This document shows positions 39,699 through 50,280 of a stretch of 64,000 nt of DNA, in pieces. The DNA comes from Andalucia godoyi And28 (taxonomy: Eukaryota > Protista > Jakobida): assembly GCA_009859145.1 (NCBI GenBank), contig VRVR01000049.1:62001-126000 (forward strand). The letters run 5' to 3'. The notes under the pieces are model-generated. The model was not told the DNA's origin. It worked only from the letters and a program-made list of their open reading frames with translations, and searched no databases. A program made the translations under genes and the position numbers. Position 1 is the stretch's first letter, and each line of letters starts with the position of its first letter.

Positions 39699-41714
39699 AT
39701 GACCACAATGGGCAAGTCTCGCAAGAACGTGTCATTGGAGACCTTCAATCCCCATGAGCCTGTGCTGACGTCTCCTCGTTCCATCGAGGCGCTTCGCATG
39801 AATGGGATCACGGTTGAAGATCTTCTGTTCAAGTCTCTTGAATCTTTCAAGTCGCAGACGCAAACAATTGAGCAAGCCAGACTGCGGTTTGAGCACCATG
39901 AAAGCAATCGGCAGCAGTTGCTTACCGAAGCTGTAGAGACCCGTTCTCGTTTGGTTGAACGCGGATTCACTCCTCGTTCTCCAGGATATTCTCCAACGCA
40001 CGCTTCAAACCGCTCAGTGTCCTCTGGCGATTCTCCGTCTGGAAAGGATGCTTCGATTGGAGCTGTTGAGCTGGAGAAGAAGCGTCTGGAAAAACTCAAG
40101 AGACGACAGCAAATGGAGATTCAGCAGGTTTTGGCAGCCGAGCAACGTCGTCGCGAGATTGAGGCAGAGGCAGCTCGCCGCGCAGAAGTGGAGCGACAGC
40201 GTGACGAACGACTTCGTGCTGAGCGAGATGCAGCGAAACGAGCTGCGGAAGAACGCAAGTTGGAAATGGAAGCGCAAAAGCGTGCTCAGGCAGAAGAAGA
40301 GGAGCTCCAGCGGAGAAGAATCCAAGAAGAAACGTATCAACGAGAGAAGGCACGAGCAACGGTGGAACGCGAAGAAGAAGCAAAAAGACGGAAGGAAGCT
40401 AGGCAGCGGGAAGAAGAAGCGGAAAAAAAGCGCCAGGAACACAAGGCTCAGACCGATGCGATTCTCAAAGCTCAACAGGAAGTTGCTGAAGCCAAGAAAC
40501 GAGAGCTGGAGGAGAAGGACGAGGCTCGCAAGAGACAGATGGAAGTAGCCCGTATCCAAAAGCAAGAAGAACTTGCCCGTTTGCAAGCCGAGGCAGAGGA
40601 AAGGCTGCGTGTGGCGAAGGCAATGGCGGACGAGCATCTGCTACAGAAGAGGCTGCAGTTCGAGGAACGCGAAGCCATTGCTGCGCGGAAGCGACAGGAG
40701 CAAGAGGAAGAACGCGCGGCTGAAATGGAAATGAAGAAGGAGCGAGAGCGAGAACTGGAGATGCAGAGACTCATGGTGAAGAAGAAGATGGAGGAGGACG
40801 AAAAGTTACGAATCGAGTCAATTTTAGCAAAGAAGCAACACGAAGCCGAAAAGCGCAGTCAGATTGAGAGAGAAAAAGAGCGCGAGCGCTTGTTGAAAAT
40901 CGAATCTCACCGAATTAATGTTGACGAAAAAATCCACAAAGTGCAAAGGATGAAGAGAAAGGACGATTACTCTCGCGAACAGCTCCGGGCAAAGATTGCT
41001 GAGGATCAGGCTCGTTACGAGGATTTGAAGCGCCAAAAGTTGAATTTGCTGCAAAAGAGAAAAGAAATGCGGAAAGTTGCTGATCTGGAGAAGCAGAAGC
41101 TGCTGGAACTGACCCAGAATCCAAGGTCCTCGTCGCTTCTTGTCGTTCCTGATGATGGTGCCACGTCTGCCCGCTCAGCAGCTCCGTCGACTCCCAAGAC
41201 TCGGCCACCTCCTAGTCAGCAGCAGCGACCGCAGTCATCTTCCAAGACGGTTGCCTCGAGCCGTGAAGGCTCTGGTGTTGCGGCTCAGCGACCGACATCA
41301 TCTCCTCCAGCGGCAGAAAAGAATTTCGTCCGTTCGCAGTCTGTTCCAAAGCGTCCCAGCTCCTCTGGGCACGTTTCCGTCTCTAGACGCAAGCCGCTTA
41401 CAGAAAGCGCGCCCTTGTCGGCAGCTAATGGCGACTGGTCTCCAATTGATGCTCTGCGGAAGCAGCAGAATGAAGAGTTGCTGCGTGTTCTAGATGAAGA
41501 ACAGCGCCGTGAGGAGGAGCGTGAGTTGCAGCTGGAGGCAGTCTCCGATCCGACCGAGCGCAGACGACTGGAAAAGATCTTTGGCATGGAGCGGGCGAGT
41601 GCCAATCAACGCATCTTGGAACTGACTGCTCACCATGAGCGCATTTTGCAAAAAGCGCTGCGGGACCACTATAGCGGCGGGGGGTCCTCTGCCCGTCCTT
41701 CTGCCCGCTCGTAG
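39699..41714 (+). CDS. Charged coiled-coil protein
   Basis: 671-aa ORF; E/R/K-rich helical core; distinct N-terminal (SPRSIEAL...G..VEDL) and C-terminal helical motifs. Confidence 0.85.
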   Translation: MTTMGKSRKNVSLETFNPHEPVLTSPRSIEALRMNGITVEDLLFKSLESFKSQTQTIEQARLRFEHHESNRQQLLTEAVETRSRLVERGFTPRSPGYSPTHASNRSVSSGDSPSGKDASIGAVELEKKRLEKLKRRQQMEIQQVLAAEQRRREIEAEAARRAEVERQRDERLRAERDAAKRAAEERKLEMEAQKRAQAEEEELQRRRIQEETYQREKARATVEREEEAKRRKEARQREEEAEKKRQEHKAQTDAILKAQQEVAEAKKRELEEKDEARKRQMEVARIQKQEELARLQAEAEERLRVAKAMADEHLLQKRLQFEEREAIAARKRQEQEEERAAEMEMKKERERELEMQRLMVKKKMEEDEKLRIESILAKKQHEAEKRSQIEREKERERLLKIESHRINVDEKIHKVQRMKRKDDYSREQLRAKIAEDQARYEDLKRQKLNLLQKRKEMRKVADLEKQKLLELTQNPRSSSLLVVPDDGATSARSAAPSTPKTRPPPSQQQRPQSSSKTVASSREGSGVAAQRPTSSPPAAEKNFVRSQSVPKRPSSSGHVSVSRRKPLTESAPLSAANGDWSPIDALRKQQNEELLRVLDEEQRREEERELQLEAVSDPTERRRLEKIFGMERASANQRILELTAHHERILQKALRDHYSGGGSSARPSARS

Positions 41715-42271
41715 TCCCTATTATGATCCTTTTTTGTAACAAGCCTTGTCTTTTCCTTCTTTTATTATCATTATTATTGCTACTATTATCATTCTCATTA
41801 TGATGATATTGTATTGATGTTTGCTGCTCCACTGCTTTGAAACGTATCCCCTCCCCCCTCCCCCCAAAAAAAACAAAAAAACAAAAACAACCCTCCCCTC
41901 CATTCTTTCCCCAACTGTTGGTCCCATCGCTGGAAAAAGCGGCGGTAAGCCATTGGCCGTAACTGCGAGAATGTTGGGCGAGATAGCGACTCACGTAACT
42001 CTTGTTCCTTCACCCCGCCGAGTCCCGACAATCGCACAAAAATCAGCATCAGCATCAGCGGAATTTCCCCGGGGGAACCCGCAATGAATTCCCGTAAACC
42101 GCTTCTCCGAAGTCCAAACATGCAGTATTTTCTGTTTTTGATTTCCCCCCTCTTCTTGATTTGATTCCATCCTTTCGATCCGACTCCTGCTGGTGGCACC
42201 ATTCCAACCACAGATTTTTTCCCGTTTAAACACCGTTTTGAAGGCTGCTGTGGCCGTTTGCTAGATCCAGA

Positions 42272-43363
42272 ATGACCAAACACCACAAGATTCCGGATCA
42301 TCATCTAGACCCGCACCATTTTACTCCACCAACTCTGGTCGCCTTCCTTTTGCTGGGCGCCATTTGGGGCTCTGCTTTTCTTTTTATCAAAGTTGCAGTT
42401 CAGGAATTTCCGCCATTTATGCTGGTGATGCTCCGTTTATCTGTCGGTTCCGTTGGGATGCTGATCCTTGCTTCCATTACTTTGTGGAAATCTCCCGAAT
42501 CGCGGCAAAACCTGCACAATGTGGTGTTGACGCGAAGCACTGTGCCAAAACTGGCGTTCATGGGATTTATGAACAATGCAGTTCCCTTTGTGCTCGTAGC
42601 GTATGCCGAATTATATGTATCTTCGGGTGTTGCGTCCGTGGTTGATGCAGGCATTCCATTGTTTTCGCAGCTGTTTGCTCATTTTATCTTGAGGGGAGAG
42701 CGCGTCAATCGCATCAAGGCAGTTGGCCTTGCTGTAGGGTTTGCAGGCGTTATTCTTGTTTGTTTACAAGGAATTCTCGCAACGGACGATGGTTTTGAAT
42801 GGCAAGCGTTCTCAGGGTACATCATGGTCACAATTGCGACTGCTGCGTACGGCGTTGCGTCCGTGTTTGCGCGGCGATACATGAAGGGAATTGACGGAAG
42901 ACTAGCGTCTACTGGCCAAGTGATCTTCGGCTTCCTTTCGTGTCTGATTGGATCGCTGATTGTTGATCTCGGAGTCACGTCCCACGGATCCATGTATCAC
43001 TACTGGCGCATCATTGTCGGAGGCTCGTTGTATGCTTGGCTGTCTATATTGTATCTTGGTGTGTTTTCTACTCTAGTAGCGTATTTGCTGTACTTTTATC
43101 TTGTCAATACCATTGGGTCTGTCCGACAGACGATGGTTGGCTATTTGTTGCCCGTCTTTGGAGTGTTTGAAGGAGCAATGTTTCTCGGAGAATGGAAGGG
43201 AGTATCTCCTGCGTACATTGCAATTGAAATTGTTGGTGCTGTTCTGATATGTTCTGGAATTGCCGTGGCTTCCTTGAAGCCGAAACAACATCCCAGTCCT
43301 GAAGTCGTCATGGAAACCACTAGTTTGCTGCAGAAAGAGAAATCCGTCAATGCTGAAATATAG
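42272..43363 (+). CDS. EamA/DMT family transporter
   Basis: IWGSAFLFIKVAV...PP...LRL, NNAVPF, VSSGVASV...IPLF, GER, GLAVGFAGV; two EamA repeats with about 10 TM segments. Confidence 0.92.
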   Translation: MTKHHKIPDHHLDPHHFTPPTLVAFLLLGAIWGSAFLFIKVAVQEFPPFMLVMLRLSVGSVGMLILASITLWKSPESRQNLHNVVLTRSTVPKLAFMGFMNNAVPFVLVAYAELYVSSGVASVVDAGIPLFSQLFAHFILRGERVNRIKAVGLAVGFAGVILVCLQGILATDDGFEWQAFSGYIMVTIATAAYGVASVFARRYMKGIDGRLASTGQVIFGFLSCLIGSLIVDLGVTSHGSMYHYWRIIVGGSLYAWLSILYLGVFSTLVAYLLYFYLVNTIGSVRQTMVGYLLPVFGVFEGAMFLGEWKGVSPAYIAIEIVGAVLICSGIAVASLKPKQHPSPEVVMETTSLLQKEKSVNAEI

Positions 43364-43443
43364 GGTCATTTTGTGAACTCTTAGAAACTAATTTGCTACG
43401 TTCGGTACATTACGTGTGTTTGATTTAAAAGTATGTGTCAGAG

Positions 43444-45557
43444 TTATTCAAAATCCATTTGCGCGAGCTGTTCCAATGACATAACAGATTCATCCTCATG
43501 CGGTCTACGTTCCGGACCGCGGGAAGTCGTAGACACCGGCAAGTCAGGATGAGATTGCGGCGAAGCTGATGCGGATGCAGAAGCAGCCTTCGGGATCGAC
43601 GTGGATACGCCATACTGGGAAGAATTATCTTCTGCAAGTCTGCGAGCAAGCGCTTGTCGCCGCATCGCATTTTGACCAATGATTTCTTGCAATTCTTGTC
43701 GCTGAACGTCCACAAATCGCTTCGAGGTCACATCCTCCTTGCGATCAGAAAGAGGAGCAACGACCCCAGGCGCAGCCGCAGGAGGAGGAATTTTGGAGGA
43801 ATAGGCAGCTTTTCTCGCAGGAGACATGCCGACAGTCTTGTCTTCATAGTCGATGCGCTGCTTGAGAATTGAAATTTCGTCTTCGAGATCCTTGATCCGC
43901 TTTTGGTATTGAGTCATCCTCTGCGACAGAGTCTTTTCCAAGGCATCCCGCTGATGAAGCGCTTCAAGGGCCTTTGCCCTCTCCTTGTCTGTTTCATCTT
44001 GGGCATTCTTTGCCGATGTCAGTGCACTCTGAGCTCGACGAATCGAATCTTCCAAGGCGTTTCGAAGATCCTCTCTGTCCTTCTGGAATGCCTTGACTTG
44101 ATCTTCCAAAGACATCTTTGTCGAATGGGAGGTCTTCTCTATATCCGCTCTCTGCTGTTTCTCAGAATCAAACAACCCGCGCACGCGACTGAGTTCGTCG
44201 CGCAAACGAGAGACCTCCGTTTGTAGATTTTCACTCTTCAAACGCTCGTTCATGAGATCATCAAACACGTCTTGGTGTTCTCCATCCTTGTTCTGTAGCT
44301 GGGTCGTGAGGTTGCCGACAAGGTCTTCCAATTCGCAGCACTTGTCTCGGCTTTCCCGGAGCTGTTCTTCTGTCTGCTTCAGTCTTGCCTGTGTGTTTTG
44401 CAGATCGGCACCTACTGCATCAATGATTGAATCTCTCTTCTTCCTTTCTCCAAGTTCTCTGTCTGCAGATGAGGAAACAGATTCGAGCTGGCTCCGCAGT
44501 TCATCAATTCGCATTTGGAACCTTTTCTTCTCATCTCTGCATTTTTCCTCCGCATTCCGCAGTTGTTCCCGCACGGTGGCACACTCCTGAACTTTTGCCG
44601 CAAAGTCTCTTCTGCACACTTGAAGGGATTGTTCGCTCTGCTTCAACGCAGACTCAAAATCTGCCTTTTCTTTGCGGACGGTTTCTCTTTCGGCTTCCAG
44701 TGACAACAGCTCTCCCCGATTGGTATCTCTGATGAAATTAAGTTCGTCCATGACGACCTGCAGATTCTCGATGCGCGAGTTGCACTCTCGAATCGTGTCA
44801 TCCTTTTCTTCCAGTCGAATTTCCAACTCCTGAACCTGCCCTCTGTACTTCGCGACATCGTACATCAAAGCGCTCTTGAAGTCACCCTTGAGCCCCTCCT
44901 TTTCGGCATGGATTTCCAATGCTTCTGTCATGAGGTCCAGATGCTGGGTTTGCTCCTGAATAACCGAATCCTTTTCATCCAGTGCAGACTGGAGTCCACG
45001 GATTTCCTCATTTAAGGAATCAATCCGGGATTGGAGCTGTTGATTGCGATCAACGAGCCCAAGATTCTTGGCTCCTAATGCCAATTTGGACTCCAACTTC
45101 TGGGCGTACTTTTCAGCTTTTTCCGCACGAGACTCCAACTTCTTGTTTTCGGCCTGGAAACGTTCCGCAGCAAGGCGGTATGTTGACGAGTCCCGATCCA
45201 AGCTGTCAGATGAAGCCCGTAGCCTCTTGTTTTCGTCTCTGAAATCATCCAACTATTCAACGCCAACCAGCCAAATAGCAAGAGTCGATGCAGACCAGGA
45301 GATTAAAACACAAACAAAAACACGCACGATTAGCAGATTATTGCTTGGGAAAAAAATCCTCCACAAGAAAAATAAAACTAAGAAAGCTACACTCGAAGAA
45401 TTTAACATACTTTTTGTTGCGCAGCCTTGTATTGTCGTTCCATGGAATCGAAACGTTTTCGAAGATCAGCAAGTTCTTTGCGGCAGCTGGCTGCTTCTCC
45501 GAACACAACAGAGGCGTGACTGTCATGAACAGCAGACTGGGCAACTGAAATATTCAT
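43444..45557 (-). CDS. Coiled-coil protein, two exons (45557-45411 and 45252-43444), about 651 aa
   Basis: The track ORF starts at TTG directly after an in-frame TAG. GTATGT donor at 45410, TGCTAAT branch-like motif, TAG acceptor at 45253; the 49-codon exon 1 joins in phase 0. Confidence 0.85.
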
Positions 45558-45742
45558 GGGTCAAAAGTGAAGCGCAGTGATGGACAATAGACTACTGCAG
45601 AGTGGAGTAAACAAAAACTGATGACAATTTTTTGCAGAAAGGGTTTTTGACTTCGGAAATCAGTCCGTTAGAAAAGACTTTTGAGTATTCGGTTTTCCGG
45701 GAAGGTCTGCTACAGCTGCTGCAGACGGTTTAGACCAACCGA

Positions 45743-46327
45743 TCGCCAAAGCATGAATCATTATTGATCATCGGCTTAGTTGTTACCGAAGACAGATCCA
45801 AGCCACTCGTCTTTATTTGAGCCGAGCACCAGCTCTTCAATGCAGATTGCTTTACAACAAAGGGTCATCGCAGCCAACATTTTCTCCAATTGATTCAACA
45901 TTCAAAAAAATGAACGCTGCTCGCGAACTGCGCTGGTCGCATGGATGCGAATACTCGCATCCCTCATGAAGACACCGAAAATGTTCCAGAGCACCGATTT
46001 TCACGCTGGTTCGATGAAGAATGCGTTTCTTCCCGTTCTCAGCCATTTTCTCACGCATACGCGGGTCGAGAGGAGGAAGCAGAATGTAGTCGGCGGCGTT
46101 GCCCTTCTCATGGGCAATTCTCACGATCCCATCGTGCTGCTGATTTTCAATGCGGTGTGACACGTTGCGCAAACGACGCCGCACCTGACGACGCTTTTGC
46201 CTTTGCTCCTTCTTGTTAATAGAATGAAGAAAAGACAGTGAAGAATAAAAGAAATTCTGGACTCGACTACGGTAAGGAAATCGCATTGTATTGATGTTCA
46301 ACGTTTTATGCAATCAAAAGCAGTCAA
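45743..46327 (+). repeat. Dispersed degenerate intergenic element, copy B
   Basis: Shares blocks with copy A (including CAGAATGTAGTCGGCG and CCTGACGACGCTTTT..GCCTTTGCTCCTTCTTGT) and with copy C. Confidence 0.9.
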
Positions 46328-46576
46328 CGGTGCCTCTGTTTGAGTTTCCGTCCCCTTTCCCCTCCACTCCGAGACCCAACAGCATGAAGAAACGGAGAAC
46401 GATCAGATCGATTCTCTCGGACTGGCTGCTGCTGCACACAGCACAACTACAACCACTCTTTCTTCGAAGCAAATCTTGCTGACAGGCTAGCGAACGCCAG
46501 GCGCTGTCGCTTTTATTTCCCTTTTTCGTTTGTAGTTCAACGACGGAGGCATTTCTGCGAGTTTTGCCGCTGCACA

Positions 46577-47134
46577 ATGTTGAATGTCCAAGGCCTCGGG
46601 GTGCTTCCTGTCCTGGTTTCGCTTGGATTTGTAGTTCTGATGTTGTTCTTTATTATCCCGGTTCGTCTGCACTTTCGAAATCGGAGAATCAGACGTCTGC
46701 CCCGAAAGAACATGCCGATTCGAAGAAAAGACTTGCCCACGAAACAGGCTGATGCAATCAAGGAAGAGCTTGCAAATTCAGTGCACTTATGCTCGACATT
46801 TGCTCCGTCCAAAGAAGCTTCGCAGCATGAAGGGTGGGGACGGTATGACACTGAGTTTGAAAATGTACATTTCAAGAAGAGTATTTCGCTTTCGCATATC
46901 ATCCTCGAACGAGCTGCCGCACACAAGGATCCCTCGTTGAAGATGAAATCAAACCAGACAGTTCGGCAGTATCTCCTGATGCTTGCGGATGAGTGTCCGC
47001 ACATGTCGAGAAACTCTGTCATGACTGTCATTGAACTGTATGAAAAAGCTCGGTATGGACAAGACGAGCTTCGAGAGGATGAATATCGTTTGTTTATGGA
47101 ACATTCCCGCCGCGTGCTCCAGGCCTTTGATTGA
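46577..47134 (+). CDS. Single-TM protein, NICE-3/C1orf43/Dlt1-like
   Basis: N-terminal TM helix; C-terminal TVRQYL...LYEKARYG..EL.EDEY pattern. Confidence 0.6.
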   Translation: MLNVQGLGVLPVLVSLGFVVLMLFFIIPVRLHFRNRRIRRLPRKNMPIRRKDLPTKQADAIKEELANSVHLCSTFAPSKEASQHEGWGRYDTEFENVHFKKSISLSHIILERAAAHKDPSLKMKSNQTVRQYLLMLADECPHMSRNSVMTVIELYEKARYGQDELREDEYRLFMEHSRRVLQAFD

Positions 47135-47678
47135 TATAAGAAATCCTTCACGGCATGTTATTCTTCTTCACTCGCGTCTCGACCGCTGTGCTTCGAGCCC
47201 CAACAGCCCAGACATCCAGATACCCAGACCTCCAGCCGTCCTGAGGCACAGACTGCACTACGTTGCTGGAATAAGCCATCACAATTGTGATGACATGGCG
47301 TCTTGCAGGTGTCAGTCGGAATAGATTCCCCATGGATTCCGTACCGGTTCTGAAGAAAACAACAATCCCCACAATCTCAAGCTTTGTCCCGTCAACGGAA
47401 AAGAAGGAACACAGCACAACAACAACAACAACAACAACAACAATAAAAAATGATAATAAATCATTTTGTCAATTTCTTCATAAATTGATGAACGACGGCA
47501 TACAAAGCACGTACTTGTATGTACAAAAGATAAATGAACACTAGGGCTGGAGACTGGACGCCCGGAAAATATGTGGGTGGGGAACTGACTATCCCGCGCG
47601 CACGCTGTACAAGGAAACGCAGGCAGTTACGTAAAAATGGCAAGGTCGCACAGTCCCCGCCGGCCCGCCGCGCAGACA

Positions 47679-48365
47679 TCAAGCATCTAGATAGCCAGCA
47701 TATGACGGAGGAGGCTGGATAACTCCGACGTCTCCCGCAGCACGTATCAACAGCTCATCGATGGAGATGCGATACGAAACGCGTACCGATCCGTACTTTT
47801 CACACATACCGTCCGGCACAAACCCTTGTTTCTCCAAGATCTTACAGGAAGGAATGTTGTCGCACCGGGCCGTGGCTACAATCGATCTGAGGGGCGCACC
47901 GTCATAGTCGTATTCTCTTCTCCAAACCTCGAGAGCAAATCCAGATAGCATGGCTCTTACAGCTTCTGACCCAAGACCACGACCCCAGCATTCCCTTTTC
48001 AGCACATAAGCTAGTTCAGCACAACCGCAGCCTTGAGACTCGTCCGCGGCACCCAGGACAACAACCCCGACGAAGGTGAGAATGTGGCTTCCCGGCTGCT
48101 TCTCGAAAACGCAAAGCCCTCCGCGAGGATCGTGCCGTGCCCATCTTGGAATCCAGACATCCATGACACGTCGGCGAGTATGGAACTCATCGCGACATTG
48201 ACCATTTGCGTAGAATCGCATTGTCTCTGGACACTGAAAGAGCAAAGTGATGTCTTCAAGATCCGTTTCCACAACACTGCGGACCACAATACGCGAAGTC
48301 TCAATCTCCACACCAAGGCCACCAACAGGTGTCTCGCAGAAACGAACACTTAGACCTTGAACCAT
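47679..48365 (-). CDS. GNAT acetyltransferase, RimJ/RimL type
   Basis: IETSRIVVRS...ELAYVL...WGRGLGSEAV (AcCoA loop)...ATARCDNIPSCKILEKQGF; ATG at 48365. Confidence 0.88.
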   Translation of the reverse strand: MVQGLSVRFCETPVGGLGVEIETSRIVVRSVVETDLEDITLLFQCPETMRFYANGQCRDEFHTRRRVMDVWIPRWARHDPRGGLCVFEKQPGSHILTFVGVVVLGAADESQGCGCAELAYVLKRECWGRGLGSEAVRAMLSGFALEVWRREYDYDGAPLRSIVATARCDNIPSCKILEKQGFVPDGMCEKYGSVRVSYRISIDELLIRAAGDVGVIQPPPSYAGYLDA

Positions 48366-50106
48366 GAAAAGAAAGAAATGAAAAGAAAAGAAAAAGAAAG
48401 AGAGAGAGAGAGGGAGAGAGTGAGAGAAAAGGAATGACGCGCCCCACGCTCTAAAAGGCCGCAAGAATCGCCAAGAAGAAAAGAAAAGAGGGGAGGGGCA
48501 AAACTGAAAAGAAGACAGAAAAACAACAAGGAAAAGAATGCTGATGGCGATTGGGGAGACGAAACGTCAAAGACTCGAGAAGCCGGGAATTCTCAGGATG
48601 GGAAACTGGAGATGGAATTGGATTTGTGGCGATGGATTGGGGTATCGGATGAGAGGAAATTCCCGTCTGAAATGGCATTTCTACTGCGGTCTGCACCCAC
48701 ACCACTTTCCACTTCGCTGGATTACGGCAGGTGTCAGAATTGATTCCAGAGTTTACAGTAACGGACACAAGCAAAATTCGAAAATGCAACACGCACTTCA
48801 CTTGGCAAAAACAAACGAAAAACACGACAGGAATCGGGTCAAGAGGAATCGAAGACCAACAGGATTTGTTAAGAGGGTGTTCTGGAACAACGAAGGCGAT
48901 GCTCCAGAATTACACTTTAAATTAAAAAAGGACAAACGACAAAAGATCGTGCAACGTTCGTGGTCCAGAACACGCAGCAAAAAAGTTAGTTTCTTTTTTT
49001 GTTCTGCATAATTTTGCTGAGGACAAGGAGTCTGTTCGAGCAGCAGCAGAAGGCGAAGATTCGGCTCGCTGTTGTGCACGAACATCGTCTGTTGGATGGG
49101 GGCGTTCCCCCGTCTCTTCTTCTTCTTTTCTTTTCCGACTTGAATACAGGGATCGAGATCAACCGATCTCCGGATCTGTTGTCGCTGGACTCTGTATCCT
49201 TATTCCTTGCACCTTCATAGCGATATTCCAGGAGCGTGCACGCGACTTGACCGCCAGATTGTTTCTCCGGTGAAACATGTACGAATCAGTACTATTCTGC
49301 TTGCATTCGCATCCGACAAGGAGCCTTCACGCATCTTTTGCGGTGGTCAATGGACGGGGTGACTTGAAAACTCAACTCACGGCAGAAACCGAAAGAAGAA
49401 TCGCCAACATAGGGACTCCGCGAATGGTGAGGGCAGTGTGCCAGCTCTTCCGACGAGATGAACTTGACACTGCTCATTTCAAGAAAGTTCGAATCCGTTT
49501 TCGTGCTTCTTTGCGGGATTCGGAGCCGGGGAAAATGCGACTTTCTGCTATGGCAAATTTGCATACGCTTGCACTCAAGCGTCAGATGGGGTTTCCTGCT
49601 ACGCCGCATCTGATCATGCCGGAACGAGACGTGTCGGCATATTCACTGTTTTGACAGGCAGCGATGTCGTTTTGCATGCTTCTTTGCTTGCCGTTCTGCG
49701 ACAGGTGTCGTCTTGTGACGAGCAGTCGTCTCGACAATCATCAACGACTTTTTTTTGGATTTGCCAAATGTGATTGCCGAGTGGGGGCTGACGGCATGAC
49801 ACCTGAAGTCAGCTTCGGTTCCTCTTTTGCCGTCAACAACAACACGATCGTGATTTCTTGTCCTTCTCCTTTCTTCCTCGTTATTATCCCCTCATTTCCC
49901 CATCTTCGTTTTTTCCCCCCTCACTAGTTCCCCCCCCCCTCTTAGTTCAACATCTGTATACAGCATCTCTCACGTCTTCTCCCACCTTCTGCCTGTTTTT
50001 CTCTTGTCAGCGCTCTTCCACAGTTCTCTTGTTCCTCACATCGCCTAATTTTCCCGCCATCCTCCGGTTTCCCCATCCCTATTTTTTATTTATATATCTC
50101 CCCTCT

Positions 50107-50119
50107 TGTGTGTGTGTGT

Positions 50120-50212
<93 letters not shown>
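50107..50212. repeat. Compound (GT)n(CT)n(GT)n microsatellite
   Basis: Read directly, upstream of the PP2C ATG. Confidence 0.95.
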
Positions 50213-50280
50213 GTAGGTTTGCTCTTCAAGGTGGAGACCAAATCGAAGTATCCGACTTTTCTTTGATTCCCTTGAAAAGT

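Noticed and set aside
31387-46330. Alternative genetic code or stop readthrough to explain the broken frames
   Set aside because: Bona fide genes here end in TAA, TAG and TGA and have no internal stops
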